Positions 41,886 to 52,285 of a stretch of DNA of 64,000 bases are shown one piece after another. The position numbers and the translations under genes are program-made. The notes beneath the pieces were generated by a model. That model did not search any database and had not been told where the DNA came from. It was given only the letters and a program-made list of their open reading frames with translations. The first letter of the stretch is position 1; each line of letters opens with the position of its first letter. Source of the DNA: a virus; the IMG/VR virus record IMGVR_UViG_3300025929_000014, positions 1 to 64,000 of that record; one strand, given 5' to 3'.

Positions 41886-42962
41886 ATGAAAATGGAAGCC
41901 ATGGCCCGTAATCTGGTGCCGATCTTAACGCAACTCAAACCCTTAACCAAAGCGGATAGTAAGACGGCGAATCAGTATGTGTTCTTTCGCCCATCGCCCG
42001 ACGATCCGAATGGCACCATCCTGGTCAGCGCGACCAATGGCCATGTCTTCGCACAGTGCGCGCTCGACGGGCGAGTCGAGGGTCTGCTGGCGGTGTTGCT
42101 CGCCGATCTGCTGCCCATCGTGCGCGCGTCGTCTAGCGTTACGGTGTGCCAGCTGGACTGGACGGCAGAGAAGCTCTCGGCGAGTATCCAGTGCGGCCGA
42201 ACCACAGGACACATTAAAGCGCTTGCCGAACCAGCGCTCTCGCTCTCCGCACGGCCGCAGGTGCCGGCGACGCATGCCGTCGTGCCCGACGCGAGCTATT
42301 TCGGCGCCGCCATCACGTCCACGCTGAAGGCGTTGCCGGCTGCCGAGCAGCTGCGCATCACCGTCGAGCACCATGGCTACCAAATCGTAGCCGACTCCCG
42401 GCCGGCGCGGGTAGTGCATGGCGATCAACAGGGCGCTCCCATTACGCTCGCGTCGTCGGTTGCCGGGCTCTTTGCCGGTCAGCTCTTTATGGGTCCGGCG
42501 CTCGTTGGCTGGGGCGAGGGGTATGTGCTGGCCACATCCCGGAGCGATCCAGATCTGTGGGTGGCGGCCACCCGATTGCCTGACCTGGAGCCGCGCCTCC
42601 TCTTACTCCCGGATGCCAATGCGCAGCCGGCCGCCACCATGCAGGCAGAGGCTCTCCTGGATGCCCTGCAGGCGTTAGAGCGCGCCGATCAGGAGTATGT
42701 GCTTCTGCAGTTTAACGTGCATGGCGCGGACGATATGCTGCGCGTGCGGCGCATCGACGGCCAACTGGTTTCCTCCCTCGACTGCCGCATCAAGGAGCGC
42801 ACCGAGCGGTCAGCGCTCCTGCACGCGCCGACGCTCCTGGCCTGGCTGAAAACCCTGCCCCGCTACATGCAGATCGACTACTGGCCGGACTTCGCCTCGC
42901 ATTATGTCGTGTTCCGGTGTGTCGATGCCCCGCTCACCCTTGCGCTCGCCATCTGTAGCTAA
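41886..42962 (+). CDS. Divergent DNA polymerase III beta-clamp-like protein
   Basis: 358 aa. LVSATNG motif and a beta-rich repeating pattern, in a replication context. Confidence 0.5.
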   Translation: MKMEAMARNLVPILTQLKPLTKADSKTANQYVFFRPSPDDPNGTILVSATNGHVFAQCALDGRVEGLLAVLLADLLPIVRASSSVTVCQLDWTAEKLSASIQCGRTTGHIKALAEPALSLSARPQVPATHAVVPDASYFGAAITSTLKALPAAEQLRITVEHHGYQIVADSRPARVVHGDQQGAPITLASSVAGLFAGQLFMGPALVGWGEGYVLATSRSDPDLWVAATRLPDLEPRLLLLPDANAQPAATMQAEALLDALQALERADQEYVLLQFNVHGADDMLRVRRIDGQLVSSLDCRIKERTERSALLHAPTLLAWLKTLPRYMQIDYWPDFASHYVVFRCVDAPLTLALAICS

Positions 42963-42973
42963 AGGAGAATGTT

Positions 42974-43333
42974 ATGTCAATAGCCGACCGCTTGGCGCTG
43001 ATTGCCGGCGAAATCTCCGCCACTGACAGGGACCTGCACCTACGCGATTTATCGATCATCGAGCGCGCCACCGACGATATCCAGCGCGCTATTCTCGTGC
43101 GGCGCACGCAGCTGGTCGCTGCCCAGAATGCCGATCCTTCCGGCGTGAAGCGCTGCGTCCACCCCATCGAATATCGCAGCTGGACGGATATGGAGCCCTA
43201 TGGTCCTCCCAACGAGCATCGCGTGCGCCTGCATTATCAGTGCCATCTCTGCATGGTTCACGCCGATACGCTGACCGCAGCCGATAGTCCGATGGCTGAC
43301 AAGGTACGCGAGTTTCTCAGGGATACTCAATAA
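42974..43333 (+). CDS. Hypothetical protein
   Basis: AAGGAG SD. Confidence 0.6.
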   Translation: MSIADRLALIAGEISATDRDLHLRDLSIIERATDDIQRAILVRRTQLVAAQNADPSGVKRCVHPIEYRSWTDMEPYGPPNEHRVRLHYQCHLCMVHADTLTAADSPMADKVREFLRDTQ

Positions 43334-44706
43334 TGCAGCTGCGTGCCTATCAGCAAGAGGCCGTCCAGTGGCTCCTCGCCCGCAAGGGCAGGGGCATCCT
43401 GGCCTACGATATGGGGCTCGGCAAGACTCCCACTACGCTTTCCGCCATCGCCCAGATGCGCCAGGGCCGAGTGCTCATCTTCGCCCCGAAGATCGCCTGC
43501 GGGGTCTGGCTCCGGGAGGCCGCACAGTGGCTGCCCGCCTGGCCCCAGCTGCTCTACGCCGGCACCAAGAAGGAGCGTGATGGTATCTGGCAGCAGTATC
43601 TCCAATCAGGCGGTCTCTTGATCACAAACTATCAGATGGCGAAGGAGCTGGTAGAGCGTCAGGCCGTCTGGCCGGTGGTGGTCTGCGATGAAAGCCACCT
43701 GTTGCGTAATCGCAAGACCGGAATGTTTAAGGCCGTCAACTCATTTCGGTCGGGCGCCATGGTGCTGCTCACCGGCTCGCCCATCATGAACCATCCCACC
43801 GATCTCTGGACACAGCTGAAGCTCATCGCTCCCAAGGAGTTCAGCTCCTTCTGGCGCTTCGCGCAGGAGCACTGCGAGGTCAATCAGGGCTTCTTCGGCT
43901 GGGAGATAGGCGATATCAAGACGCCCGAACACACACAACAAGCGCTCAAGCCCTATGTACTGCGCAAGACGAAGGAGGAGGTGCTCACCGAGCTGCCGCC
44001 CAAGATTCGCCAGACCATCCCATTCCCCCTGGCCCCAGGCCAGCGCATGCTCTACGACGACCTGGCCGATGACCTGATGGCCACCATTGCCTCCATGGAG
44101 GGCACAGATATGCTGCTGGCGCCCAACGTGATCGCCAAGATTACCCGGCTCCGTCAGATCTGCGTCACGCCGATTCTCGTGGGTGATATCCATTCCAGCG
44201 CTATGTTCGATGCCCTGGCGGAGTATGCGGCATCCGACTTCGATGCCGGCCGGCCGATTCTGGTCTTCACGCCGTTCGCCGAAGCCCTGGATGCCATTCA
44301 GGAGCGGCTCCAGCCGCTCTGCGGCGAGCATATCTATCGCATCCAGGGCGGCATGTCCTCCAGGGACACCAACGAGCAGGTGGAGGGGTTTCAGCGCGAT
44401 CTCTTCGACGCCAGGGCGTTGCTCTGTACGGTCGGTGTCGGTAGCTCATTCACCGCAACGGCCGCCAAGAGCGTCTACTTCATGGGCAGCGCCTGGAATC
44501 CTGCCCAGAACCTGCAATGCGAGGATCGCGCGCATCGCCTGGGCCAGAAGGGGTCTGTCGTGGTGCGCTACCTGGTCGGTGAGAACACCATCGACGAGCA
44601 CATCCTGGCCACGTTGGATCGTAAAACGACCTGGGCTGCTCTTGCTTTAGACCCCAAGATGTTGCTGCGTCCGGCAGCCGAGCGCGTACAGCGCTTTGTC
44701 AGTTAG
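43333..44706 (+). CDS. SNF2-family helicase
   Basis: LRAYQ, DMGLGKT, DESH, LTGSP, QCEDRAHRLGQ. Confidence 0.92.
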   Translation: MQLRAYQQEAVQWLLARKGRGILAYDMGLGKTPTTLSAIAQMRQGRVLIFAPKIACGVWLREAAQWLPAWPQLLYAGTKKERDGIWQQYLQSGGLLITNYQMAKELVERQAVWPVVVCDESHLLRNRKTGMFKAVNSFRSGAMVLLTGSPIMNHPTDLWTQLKLIAPKEFSSFWRFAQEHCEVNQGFFGWEIGDIKTPEHTQQALKPYVLRKTKEEVLTELPPKIRQTIPFPLAPGQRMLYDDLADDLMATIASMEGTDMLLAPNVIAKITRLRQICVTPILVGDIHSSAMFDALAEYAASDFDAGRPILVFTPFAEALDAIQERLQPLCGEHIYRIQGGMSSRDTNEQVEGFQRDLFDARALLCTVGVGSSFTATAAKSVYFMGSAWNPAQNLQCEDRAHRLGQKGSVVVRYLVGENTIDEHILATLDRKTTWAALALDPKMLLRPAAERVQRFVS

Positions 44707-45800
44707 GAGCGGTATGGAAGAAATCACAGCGAACATTTATCGGTGGACGGCGAAGGAGGCGCAGCTCATCGCCACCAGACACCTGCACGGCATACCGCAT
44801 GTGGGCGACAGCATTACGTTCTCCGGCTTTATCGAGGGGAGCGCCAACTGGATTGTAGAGCATGTGGAGCATATGGTGGGGGGGCACCAAGTCCATTGCG
44901 CACACGTATCACGTACTCAGCATCTATGTACATAAACCAGGAGAGGAACAAGCATTGTATGACCGCACAACCTACTGATCAAGAAGAGGTTCGCCGCAAG
45001 GTCCGCCTCGCCCATGAAGCGGTGCTGGCAGCCGGCCAGGCGCTCTGCGCCTGCGGCATGTGGACGATGGCCGACACTATCCGCTTTGCGGCTGAAGTCC
45101 TGGAGCGCATGGGTACGGACATGAACCAGTACGAGAAGGTGCGTCTGCGCCGGCAGCAGGAGGCAATCGTCAATGGATGAATATTCGACGTGGATTCTCG
45201 AAACCGATGACCTGGCCGCGAAGATGAACCAGTTGGCGAATGACTGCTGGCATCCAGTATTCATGGCGCCGCAACAATGGCTAGAGGAGTATGGACAGGG
45301 CGTCGTCGTCTGTGCCTATACCGTGATCTTCTCTCGCCCGCGTCCTATCCCTGTCCCGCCCAAGCCGAAGCGAGAGGTCAAGCCGCATGGTCGTTAGGGC
45401 TCCAGAGGACTCTTATTATAGAGCTGCGAGAGGCGAGGAACCGATGTTAGTTCCCGGTGGCGTTATCGAGAAACTAGATAGGAATATAGACGCTATCCTT
45501 GCGCTGATCCGGGCGCAAAACACGCAGATCGCTCGGCTGGAACTTGCGCAGGTGCCGGCCGCTCAAGCGCTGCCGAATGCTTTACTACCCAAGCTGGATT
45601 CCCTCATCGACCGTGTGGAGCAGCAGGAACAGGAGTACGGCTATTTGGTGCAGGCGGTCTCTTTGCGCCGGCTGATTCTGGCTCGCGCCAGCCAGGAGGC
45701 GCTTGATCGCCTGGTTATCAGGCTGCCGACCGTCATCATGGTCTCGTTTCTGAGCCTGTTGACGTTTGTGCTGGGGCTCATTGCCCTCATTGTCGTTTAG
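44696..45800 (+). other. Four small hypothetical CDSs (~44713-44935, 44959-45180, 45173-45397, 45387-45800 with C-terminal TM)
   Basis: Coupled ORFs. Confidence 0.55.
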
Positions 45801-45810
45801 GGAGGTAGAG

Positions 45811-46113
45811 ATGTTAGATAAACCTTATGGCTCCGAGTTTGGCTTGTCCGGTAACTACACGGCTCCGACCTTTATGGAACCCAGTTGGAGCTTCGCCGAA
45901 CTGGTGCGCATCGAGCTGGAGCGCGCTCGCATGAAGCACGGCAACGCGCCCTTCCATTCCCTACACGAGGGCTACGCCATCATCCTGGAGGAGATTGACG
46001 AGCTGTGGGCGGAGATCAAACAGCAGTCGCCACAGATTGCGCGGTTGCGCATGGAAGCCATTCAGGCGGCCGCCATGTTGCAGCGCTTCGTCGAAGATCT
46101 GGGGCTGCTGTAA
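45811..46113 (+). CDS. MazG-like all-alpha protein
   Basis: SLHEGYAIILEEIDELWAEIK...EAIQAAAM. Confidence 0.6.
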   Translation: MLDKPYGSEFGLSGNYTAPTFMEPSWSFAELVRIELERARMKHGNAPFHSLHEGYAIILEEIDELWAEIKQQSPQIARLRMEAIQAAAMLQRFVEDLGLL

Positions 46114-46416
46114 TGATGGAAGAAGATATCGTCATCGATCAGCTCAAGGAGCATATTTACGGGCTGGTGGCAGAGCTGAAGCTGGCCACGAGTCCTATCT
46201 ATACCGTGAACCTGCTGCATGAATTGGAGTCGTCGTCCGCGTCGCTCCGCTATGCCCTGCATGATACGGTGCGGACGGAGAAGCTCGCCAGGACGCTCTA
46301 TGAGACCGATCCGACGCGCGATGTGGATTGGTTCCAGCTGCCGGAGTCGGCGCGTGTGCAGCTGCGCGCGCACGCCACTTCGCTTATCGCGCACTATGAT
46401 GTTTTAGAGAAGATCA

Positions 46417-46734
46417 ATGACTGAGGCAGATATTGCGCAGGCTACTGCCCTCTATCTAGCGGGGATGTCGCAGGCCAAGATCGGAAAGAAGTTGCACTAT
46501 GCAGCAACTACTATCTCGCGTAACCTGCGGCTTGCCGGCGTGGCCACCAAGCGGCCCAACCCGCTCCGGGCACAACAGGCGCGCGACTTGCGCGTCCAGC
46601 ACCGGAAGATGACCTGGGACGCTATCGCGCTGGCGGTTGGCTATGCCAATGGTCCCACAGCGCGCACGTCTGTCGCGCGTACCCTGGGCGCCGTCCCCTC
46701 TCGCCGTAACCTGAAAGTAAGGAATGCCGCATGA
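46417..46734 (+). CDS. HTH DNA-binding protein
   Basis: LYLAGMSQAKIGKKL..AATTISRNLRLAGV plus a second HTH. Confidence 0.7.
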   Translation: MTEADIAQATALYLAGMSQAKIGKKLHYAATTISRNLRLAGVATKRPNPLRAQQARDLRVQHRKMTWDAIALAVGYANGPTARTSVARTLGAVPSRRNLKVRNAA

Positions 46735-46886
46735 AGACGACACGCACGATCATTGAAGCCTTACTGGACTGTCTGACGGATCGCGCTGGGTTTGACGCCT
46801 GGTGGGATGAGATTCCCGACGAGATCCAGTGCGACATCAAGGACGACCTGCAGGAAGTCCTGGAGGAGGAACTGGCCTATGACTAA
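46731..46886 (+). CDS. Small acidic protein (not in ORF track)
   Basis: MKTTRTIIEALLDCLTDRAGFDAWWDEIPDEIQ..., ATGA-coupled. Confidence 0.6.
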   Translation: MKTTRTIIEALLDCLTDRAGFDAWWDEIPDEIQCDIKDDLQEVLEEELAYD

Positions 46887-47142
46887 GCCATGTACGCGAG
46901 GCGCTTGTATTCGGGAGGAGCTGTAAAGATGTTCCGCACACCGAAGGAACTCGCGCTCCGCTATGCGCGTGAATTAGACCGGCGTCTGGAGAGCGAGAAC
47001 TATCACTCGCTGTCCGGCGTCCATGAGGCGCTGTGCAACCTGCTGCTGATAGAGCTGGTGCTGGAGCAGGAAACTCTCCATATCATGCGGGAGATTAGCG
47101 AGCGTGGCGGCCTGACCAATCTGGAGAACTGGGAGCGGAACA

Positions 47143-47559
47143 ATGGCTGAGATCGCCTGGGAGTGGAAGCCCAAGCTCGGCCTGCACCATGGAGTCCTCG
47201 ATGGCACCATTCGCGTAGCAGTCTTCAAGGTCGGCAGCCACTACGAGTGGAAGGTCTTCACGCCGGATGACTCGGCAATCGAGCAGTCCGGCGAGAAGCC
47301 GAATCTCAAGGAAGCCAAGCGAGCAGCCGAAAACTGGCTCAACAAGCCGGAGCCAGAGCATCTCCAGTGCTGTATCTGCGGCGGGGAGATGGTTACTCGC
47401 ATCGAATGGCGTGGACCACGCTATACGTTTTGGGTCTCGCATGTACCGGGCGCCGTTGAGTTGCAGGTCGTGGGCGGGAGGCTCTTTAACCTGGGCTATC
47501 GCTGCGCCGCGTGTTGCGACAAGCACAAGGCGGAGCAGCACGATGCCCAGCATGCGTGA
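47143..47559 (+). CDS. Hypothetical protein with Zn motifs
   Basis: Coupled ORF. Confidence 0.55.
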   Translation: MAEIAWEWKPKLGLHHGVLDGTIRVAVFKVGSHYEWKVFTPDDSAIEQSGEKPNLKEAKRAAENWLNKPEPEHLQCCICGGEMVTRIEWRGPRYTFWVSHVPGAVELQVVGGRLFNLGYRCAACCDKHKAEQHDAQHA

Positions 47560-47743
47560 GCTGCGTATCGCCGCCGCCCGCCAAGGGTGGCGGGTGCGCA
47601 AGACAAACGGCAGCCATTTCCAGTTCGTGCCCGCCGATCCGGCACAGCGCCCTGTCTATGCCGCCAGCACGCCGTCCGACCAACGCGCGCTGTCCAATGT
47701 GCTCGCCGACTTGCGGCGATCCGGCTTTCGCTGGCCTATTTGA
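47543..47743 (+). CDS. HicA-like RNase-fold protein (solitary)
   Basis: ARQGWRVRKTNGSHFQF...STPSD...LRRSG. Confidence 0.7.
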   Translation: MPSMRELRIAAARQGWRVRKTNGSHFQFVPADPAQRPVYAASTPSDQRALSNVLADLRRSGFRWPI

Positions 47744-48200
47744 GCAGCCGCTTTGCTGCACGCCCGATGGCATCCTCGTCCGGTCGGATGTTGATGTTCC
47801 AGGTGTTATTGGCCAGCCAGCAGTAGGTCGTGTCCGTCGGATAGTTCTCCAGGCAGCCGGTGGCGAAGAAGGCATAGGCGATATAGTCGCTGCGCAGCTT
47901 CCCTTCGGCATTGACAAAGCGCTGCTCGTTCCGGGTCTTCGGCGCCGGTAGTATCGGCGGATCCTCATTCATAAAATAGGCGCAGGTGGTGGAGACCGCC
48001 TGCGCTTCCTGTTCTAGGGTGTAGCGGGTAGGGCCTCCCCGCCAGTCGTGCATGGCATGGAAGAGCTGGTACGAGGCAATGCCGCAGCCCTGTATCGCCG
48101 CCTCGTAGCGGTTGATGAATTGCTGCGCGTGTGATGATTTCGCCTGTGCCGGCAGTGCGCCGAGCAGCAGTAGTAGGCAGAGAACGCTCGCTAGTTTCAT
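47736..48200 (-). CDS. Secreted protein, counter-oriented moron
   Basis: AAAGGA SD. Signal peptide MKLASVLCLLLLLGALPAQA. Confidence 0.7.
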   Translation of the reverse strand: MKLASVLCLLLLLGALPAQAKSSHAQQFINRYEAAIQGCGIASYQLFHAMHDWRGGPTRYTLEQEAQAVSTTCAYFMNEDPPILPAPKTRNEQRFVNAEGKLRSDYIAYAFFATGCLENYPTDTTYCWLANNTWNINIRPDEDAIGRAAKRLLK

Positions 48201-48312
48201 GGTGTATTCCTTTCCGGCCCAGTATGGCAGGTTTTTCAGGAGACCGCAAATGAAACTTGACAGCCCTCTGGGGTATCCCCCATCGTGGTGGCTATTGGGA
48301 AGGAGGCGTCCA

Positions 48313-48627
48313 ATGGAGTGTAAGGAGTTATGGGCGGACGCTGCCGACCGAGCGGTGGAAGATCCCGACTGCCTGCCGATACAGGTAAACGCCATTAGGT
48401 GGCGGGTAAAAGAGTATGCCGTAGTGTTCTTGGGGCCGCGCTGGCATGATTGGGCCTGTAGTTGTCCAGCTGGCGCGCATCCTGTGTGTAAGCATCGCGC
48501 GATGGTAGCCGCCATCGTCTGTCTCGCCGAAGCGGGAGATGGCCTCGCCATCTATCCCTGGGAAGAGGAGGTTGATTGGATGCAACATCCAGCGTATAGT
48601 AGGAGGGAGGGAATCCCTGTACGGTAA
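48313..48627 (+). CDS. SWIM zinc-finger protein
   Basis: CSCPAGAHPVCKH. Own promoter TTGACA-N18-CATCGT at ~48257-48286. Confidence 0.7.
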   Translation: MECKELWADAADRAVEDPDCLPIQVNAIRWRVKEYAVVFLGPRWHDWACSCPAGAHPVCKHRAMVAAIVCLAEAGDGLAIYPWEEEVDWMQHPAYSRREGIPVR

Positions 48628-48645
48628 GAAGGAGCGTGGAAAAAC

Positions 48646-48894
48646 GTGGAGGAGCAGGTCAGACCAGACCCGAATCAACAACTGAGCGCGATGCAAGCCT
48701 CGCGCGTGATTGGCGTGACCCGCCAGGGGATCAACAAGCTCATCAGGGATGGGCGCCTGAAAGCCTCGCTGGTGGAGGCGCCCGGTCCCTATTACTACTA
48801 CGTTATCCGGCGCGGCGACCTTGACCACTACGTGGCCAATCGGCGCAACGGATGGGGACAGCTGCCGCCAGACTACATCAGCTCGCTGGAGTAG
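48646..48894 (+). CDS. Excisionase-type HTH protein
   Basis: LSAMQASRVIGVTRQGINKLIRDGRLKA. Confidence 0.75.
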   Translation: MEEQVRPDPNQQLSAMQASRVIGVTRQGINKLIRDGRLKASLVEAPGPYYYYVIRRGDLDHYVANRRNGWGQLPPDYISSLE

Positions 48895-48902
48895 GCTGCT
48901 GA

Positions 48903-48932
48903 GCGCCGTCCGTGACGGGGCGGCGCTTTTTC
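48903..48932 (+). terminator. Intrinsic terminator
   Basis: GCGCCGTCC...GGGCGGCGC followed by a T-run. Confidence 0.7.
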
Positions 48933-49014
48933 TCGCGCAAATTGCCCTGGATCAAATGTTGACATATAGATGAAAAACGGTTAGAGTAGAGAAGCAGTGA
49001 GGAAAGGGGGAGAA

Positions 49015-50094
49015 ATGGACGAAACATTACCGGGCATTCGCCAGTCAGACATGGGCGCCTACCGCAAATGCCGGCGCTACTGGGACTATACGTCCGCTCT
49101 GCGCCAGAACCTCCAGCCCGGTGGGCAGGCCATCATCCATTTCTGGTTCGGCACCGGTATGCACTTTGCGCTCGAAGATTTTCACGGCTTCAATCGCTTC
49201 GGCGACCCCCGCCATGCCTTCGCCGCCTATGTGGAAGCCACCCCAGAAGCGCAGCGTCCGCCCAAGTGGGAGGAATATGCCGAGCTGGCGCCATCCATGC
49301 TCGCCTACTATCTGGAGAGCTGGCTGCCGCAGCGCAGCGAATACGACACGCTCTGGGTAGCAGGAAAGCCGCAGCTGGAGGTCAGCTGGAAGCTGCCCCT
49401 GGCCGGTCTTGACCATCCGGTGTCGGGTACGTTCGACCGTCTGGTAACCGATCCCTACGGCCGGCTCTGGATCATGGACTGGAAGATGATGGCCACTATC
49501 GAGACGGCCAAGCTGGACAACGACTTTCAGGTTACTACCTATTTATGGGCAGCCGAGCAACTCTACGGCAAGGTCGAGGGCCTGATCTACGTGCAGTTCA
49601 AGAAGGTGGTGCCCAGAGGCCCGGAATGGCTGGAGAAGAGCGGGCGCTTTAGCATGGCGACCAGCGCGCCCGTTTCGTATGGCTCGTTTGTTGCATCCTT
49701 GAAACATCGCTTTGGCACTGTGCCGTCCGAGTATCAGGCGCATCTTAACAAGCTGGCGATGCTGGAGGATGGCGACGGCGACCTCTTTATCCGGCGCACG
49801 CTGGTGCGGCGCAACCGTAACGCGCTCACCCTGCACGGCCAGCACGTCACCGCCCAGGCCCGCGAGATGACCTATCCGCATCTGGCCATCTATCCCAATC
49901 CCACCAAGGACTGTGGCTACTGCCCGTTTCGGGCACCCTGCCTGGCCGCCGATGACGGCGCCGACGAGGCATATCTGCTCCAGGAAAACTTTGTGAGTAG
50001 GAATACCGCAGATGACTGGCGGGACCGCATCAAGTGGCCCGCCGCCAAAGGGGGTGATGTCAATCTACCCGCAGCTCAATTAGCCGTCGTGTAA
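49015..50094 (+). CDS. Cas4/RecB-like PD-(D/E)XK exonuclease
   Basis: GTFDRL...IMDWK, N-terminal Cys and C-terminal CGYCPFRAPC. Promoter AATG-TTGACA-N17-TAGAGT upstream. Confidence 0.88.
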   Translation: MDETLPGIRQSDMGAYRKCRRYWDYTSALRQNLQPGGQAIIHFWFGTGMHFALEDFHGFNRFGDPRHAFAAYVEATPEAQRPPKWEEYAELAPSMLAYYLESWLPQRSEYDTLWVAGKPQLEVSWKLPLAGLDHPVSGTFDRLVTDPYGRLWIMDWKMMATIETAKLDNDFQVTTYLWAAEQLYGKVEGLIYVQFKKVVPRGPEWLEKSGRFSMATSAPVSYGSFVASLKHRFGTVPSEYQAHLNKLAMLEDGDGDLFIRRTLVRRNRNALTLHGQHVTAQAREMTYPHLAIYPNPTKDCGYCPFRAPCLAADDGADEAYLLQENFVSRNTADDWRDRIKWPAAKGGDVNLPAAQLAVV

Positions 50095-51029
50095 TGAAAG
50101 GAACAGCAATGACCACAGAAGCTCCGCCGCTCCCGCCGCCGCCCATAGCGGTGGTAGCGCCCGCACCGCCCATAGCAGCGACCGCGCCTCCCTTGCCGGC
50201 TGCAGCGCCGGCACCCATCCAGCGTCCCTTTACCATCGTGCAGGAAGGCGCGAATCCCAGCGCCTCCGGCCCGCTCAAGATGATGGTCTATGGCACCTAC
50301 GGCTCCGGCAAGACTTATCTCGCCGGCACCGCTCAGCAGGTCGAGCAGATGCGCGACGTGCTCTACCTGGACGTGGAGGGTGGCTCGCGCACCCTGGTCG
50401 GGCGGGGCATCGACCGTATACCCTGCCAGAACTTCACCACGCTCAACTGGATTAAGGAGTGGCTCATCCGCCACGCCCAGCTCCGGGAAGCCGGCAACAT
50501 CGACGGGCTGCGCAACTGGCAGTCGCAGGTGACCGGTAGCGTGCCGGACCAGCCGCGCCAGTACCGAACGATCATCATCGACTCTCTCTCCGAGCTGGCC
50601 AAGCTGCTGCTGCTCGAACTCTCTGGAGTGAAGATCGGCGCCTCTCACCTGGATGCGCAGATCGATAATCCGCAGAGCGAGGAGTGGGGGCAGCTCTCTG
50701 CCCGCATCAGTCTCCTCGTTCGTACCTTCGTGAACCTGCCGTTCCATATCATCTTCGTGGCGTCGGCCGTCGAGAAGGAAGATGAGGTCAAGCGCCGCTT
50801 CTTCCAGCCGAACTTCAACGGCAAGATGGCGAAGGATGTGCAGGGTTTCCTGGACTGCGTGGCCTACCTCGCCGTGCAGCACAACGAGGCCGGCGAATCT
50901 CAGCGCGTGCTGTCGCTGACGCCGGGCCGCAACTATGACGCCAAGCACCGCTTCACCGGCGCCACCAAAACGCAGATCGCCAACCCGTCGATGGCCGATA
51001 TCTTCGCATTGCATACAGGAGGCAAATAA
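50094..51029 (+). CDS. AAA_24/Sak4-like recombination ATPase
   Basis: GTYGSGKT, LDVEGG, IIIDSLS. Confidence 0.85.
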   Translation: MKGTAMTTEAPPLPPPPIAVVAPAPPIAATAPPLPAAAPAPIQRPFTIVQEGANPSASGPLKMMVYGTYGSGKTYLAGTAQQVEQMRDVLYLDVEGGSRTLVGRGIDRIPCQNFTTLNWIKEWLIRHAQLREAGNIDGLRNWQSQVTGSVPDQPRQYRTIIIDSLSELAKLLLLELSGVKIGASHLDAQIDNPQSEEWGQLSARISLLVRTFVNLPFHIIFVASAVEKEDEVKRRFFQPNFNGKMAKDVQGFLDCVAYLAVQHNEAGESQRVLSLTPGRNYDAKHRFTGATKTQIANPSMADIFALHTGGK

Positions 51030-51031
51030 CT

Positions 51032-51625
51032 ATGAGCGACCTTCAACTCGTACCCAGCCACAATGGCACTCCCGATTTTCCGGCGCCGCCTGAGAACTTC
51101 TTCGGCGCCAGCTCCTTCGGGAGCGCGCCCCAGAGTGGTTCCTTCGCCCCGAACGCCCAGAGCGGCGATGCCGGCGCCGTCTTCACCTTCGGCGACGTGG
51201 ATCCTGAGTTCCGTTCGGCGCGGCCGGTCTTCCCCAATGGCACCTACGACAGCACGATCATCACCGCCCAGCTCAATAAGGGGAAGGCTTCCGGCTTCCG
51301 CCAGATCAAGCTGAATATCAAGGCATACGACAACGACGGCCGCACGGTGTCGGTCTTCCATTACCTGGGCCTGGAAGGCGACACGCCGGAGAAGACCAAG
51401 GAGAAGCTGGCCGCTACCGTGCGGGTGATCAAGGCCGTCGCGCCCACGCTGGATCTCCGCTCCTTCGTCCCCTCCAACGACGAGCATATCGAGCGCCTGT
51501 GCGCCGAGCTGGCCAACCGCACCTGCCGGGCCAAGCTGAAGAGCGAGACCTACCAGGGTCAGGCATCCAACAAGGTGGACTTCGACGGCATCCTGCCCCC
51601 CAGCAAGGGCTTTAGCTTCCAATAA
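51032..51625 (+). CDS. DUF669-like single-stranded DNA-binding protein
   Basis: PNGTYDSTI...ETYQGQASNKV. Follows the Sak4-like gene. Confidence 0.65.
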   Translation: MSDLQLVPSHNGTPDFPAPPENFFGASSFGSAPQSGSFAPNAQSGDAGAVFTFGDVDPEFRSARPVFPNGTYDSTIITAQLNKGKASGFRQIKLNIKAYDNDGRTVSVFHYLGLEGDTPEKTKEKLAATVRVIKAVAPTLDLRSFVPSNDEHIERLCAELANRTCRAKLKSETYQGQASNKVDFDGILPPSKGFSFQ

Positions 51626-51633
51626 GTAGCCAC

Positions 51634-51663
51634 GAGGGCCGGCATCACTTGCCGGCCCTCTTT
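51634..51663 (+). terminator. Hairpin/terminator
   Basis: GAGGGCCGGC-N7-GCCGGCCCTC-TTT. Confidence 0.65.
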
Positions 51664-51676
51664 AAGGGGACGAAAG

Positions 51677-52285
51677 TTGTCAGGTAGCAACCTACCACTG
51701 ATTGGGCTCAAGGGGCATAAAGGCGCCGGCAAGGATTCAGTCGCGAGTATATTGTGCTGCCGGCCCTACAACTTCGTCCGGCGCGCGTTCGCCGACGAGC
51801 TAAAGCGTGAGGTGTACAACGCATTCGGGTACGCCCTGCTGCTCCAGCTCTACGCCAAGGAACAAATAGAGGGCTGCGCCTTCGCCGACTGGATGGGGTT
51901 CCTCGACGCGCATAAATATGATGCGCCGGATGCAGAATACGGCTGGGTGCGTCCCCTGCTGCAGTTCTGGGGCACTGAGTATCGGCGCCAGCTGTGTCGG
52001 GACGATTACTGGCTGCGCAAAATGGAGGCCCTGCTCATGCCCGGCGTGGTGGTGACCGATATCCGCTTTCCCAACGAGGCGGACCTGGTGCGTAAGGCAG
52101 GCGGCTGGATCGTGCATGTCGAGCGCCCCATGGAGGTAACGCCCGATACGCATGCGTCGGAGGCGCTGCTGGATGCCATTGCCGCCGACTACACGCTCTA
52201 TAACGACGGCAGCCTGGAGGATCTGCGTACCGAAGCGGTGACGCTGATCCCCTTCTTGCAAGAACAAGAAGGTGTACGTGGATAG
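51677..52285 (+). CDS. Deoxynucleoside monophosphate kinase
   Basis: GHKGAGKD, FADELK, LLQFWGTE, TDIRFPNE, HASE. Confidence 0.9.
   Translation: MSGSNLPLIGLKGHKGAGKDSVASILCCRPYNFVRRAFADELKREVYNAFGYALLLQLYAKEQIEGCAFADWMGFLDAHKYDAPDAEYGWVRPLLQFWGTEYRRQLCRDDYWLRKMEALLMPGVVVTDIRFPNEADLVRKAGGWIVHVERPMEVTPDTHASEALLDAIAADYTLYNDGSLEDLRTEAVTLIPFLQEQEGVRG

Noticed and set aside
49015-50094. CRISPR-Cas adaptation gene
   Set aside because: The Cas4-like nuclease sits with Sak4-like and SSB genes, a standard phage recombination module. There is no cas1/cas2 or array.
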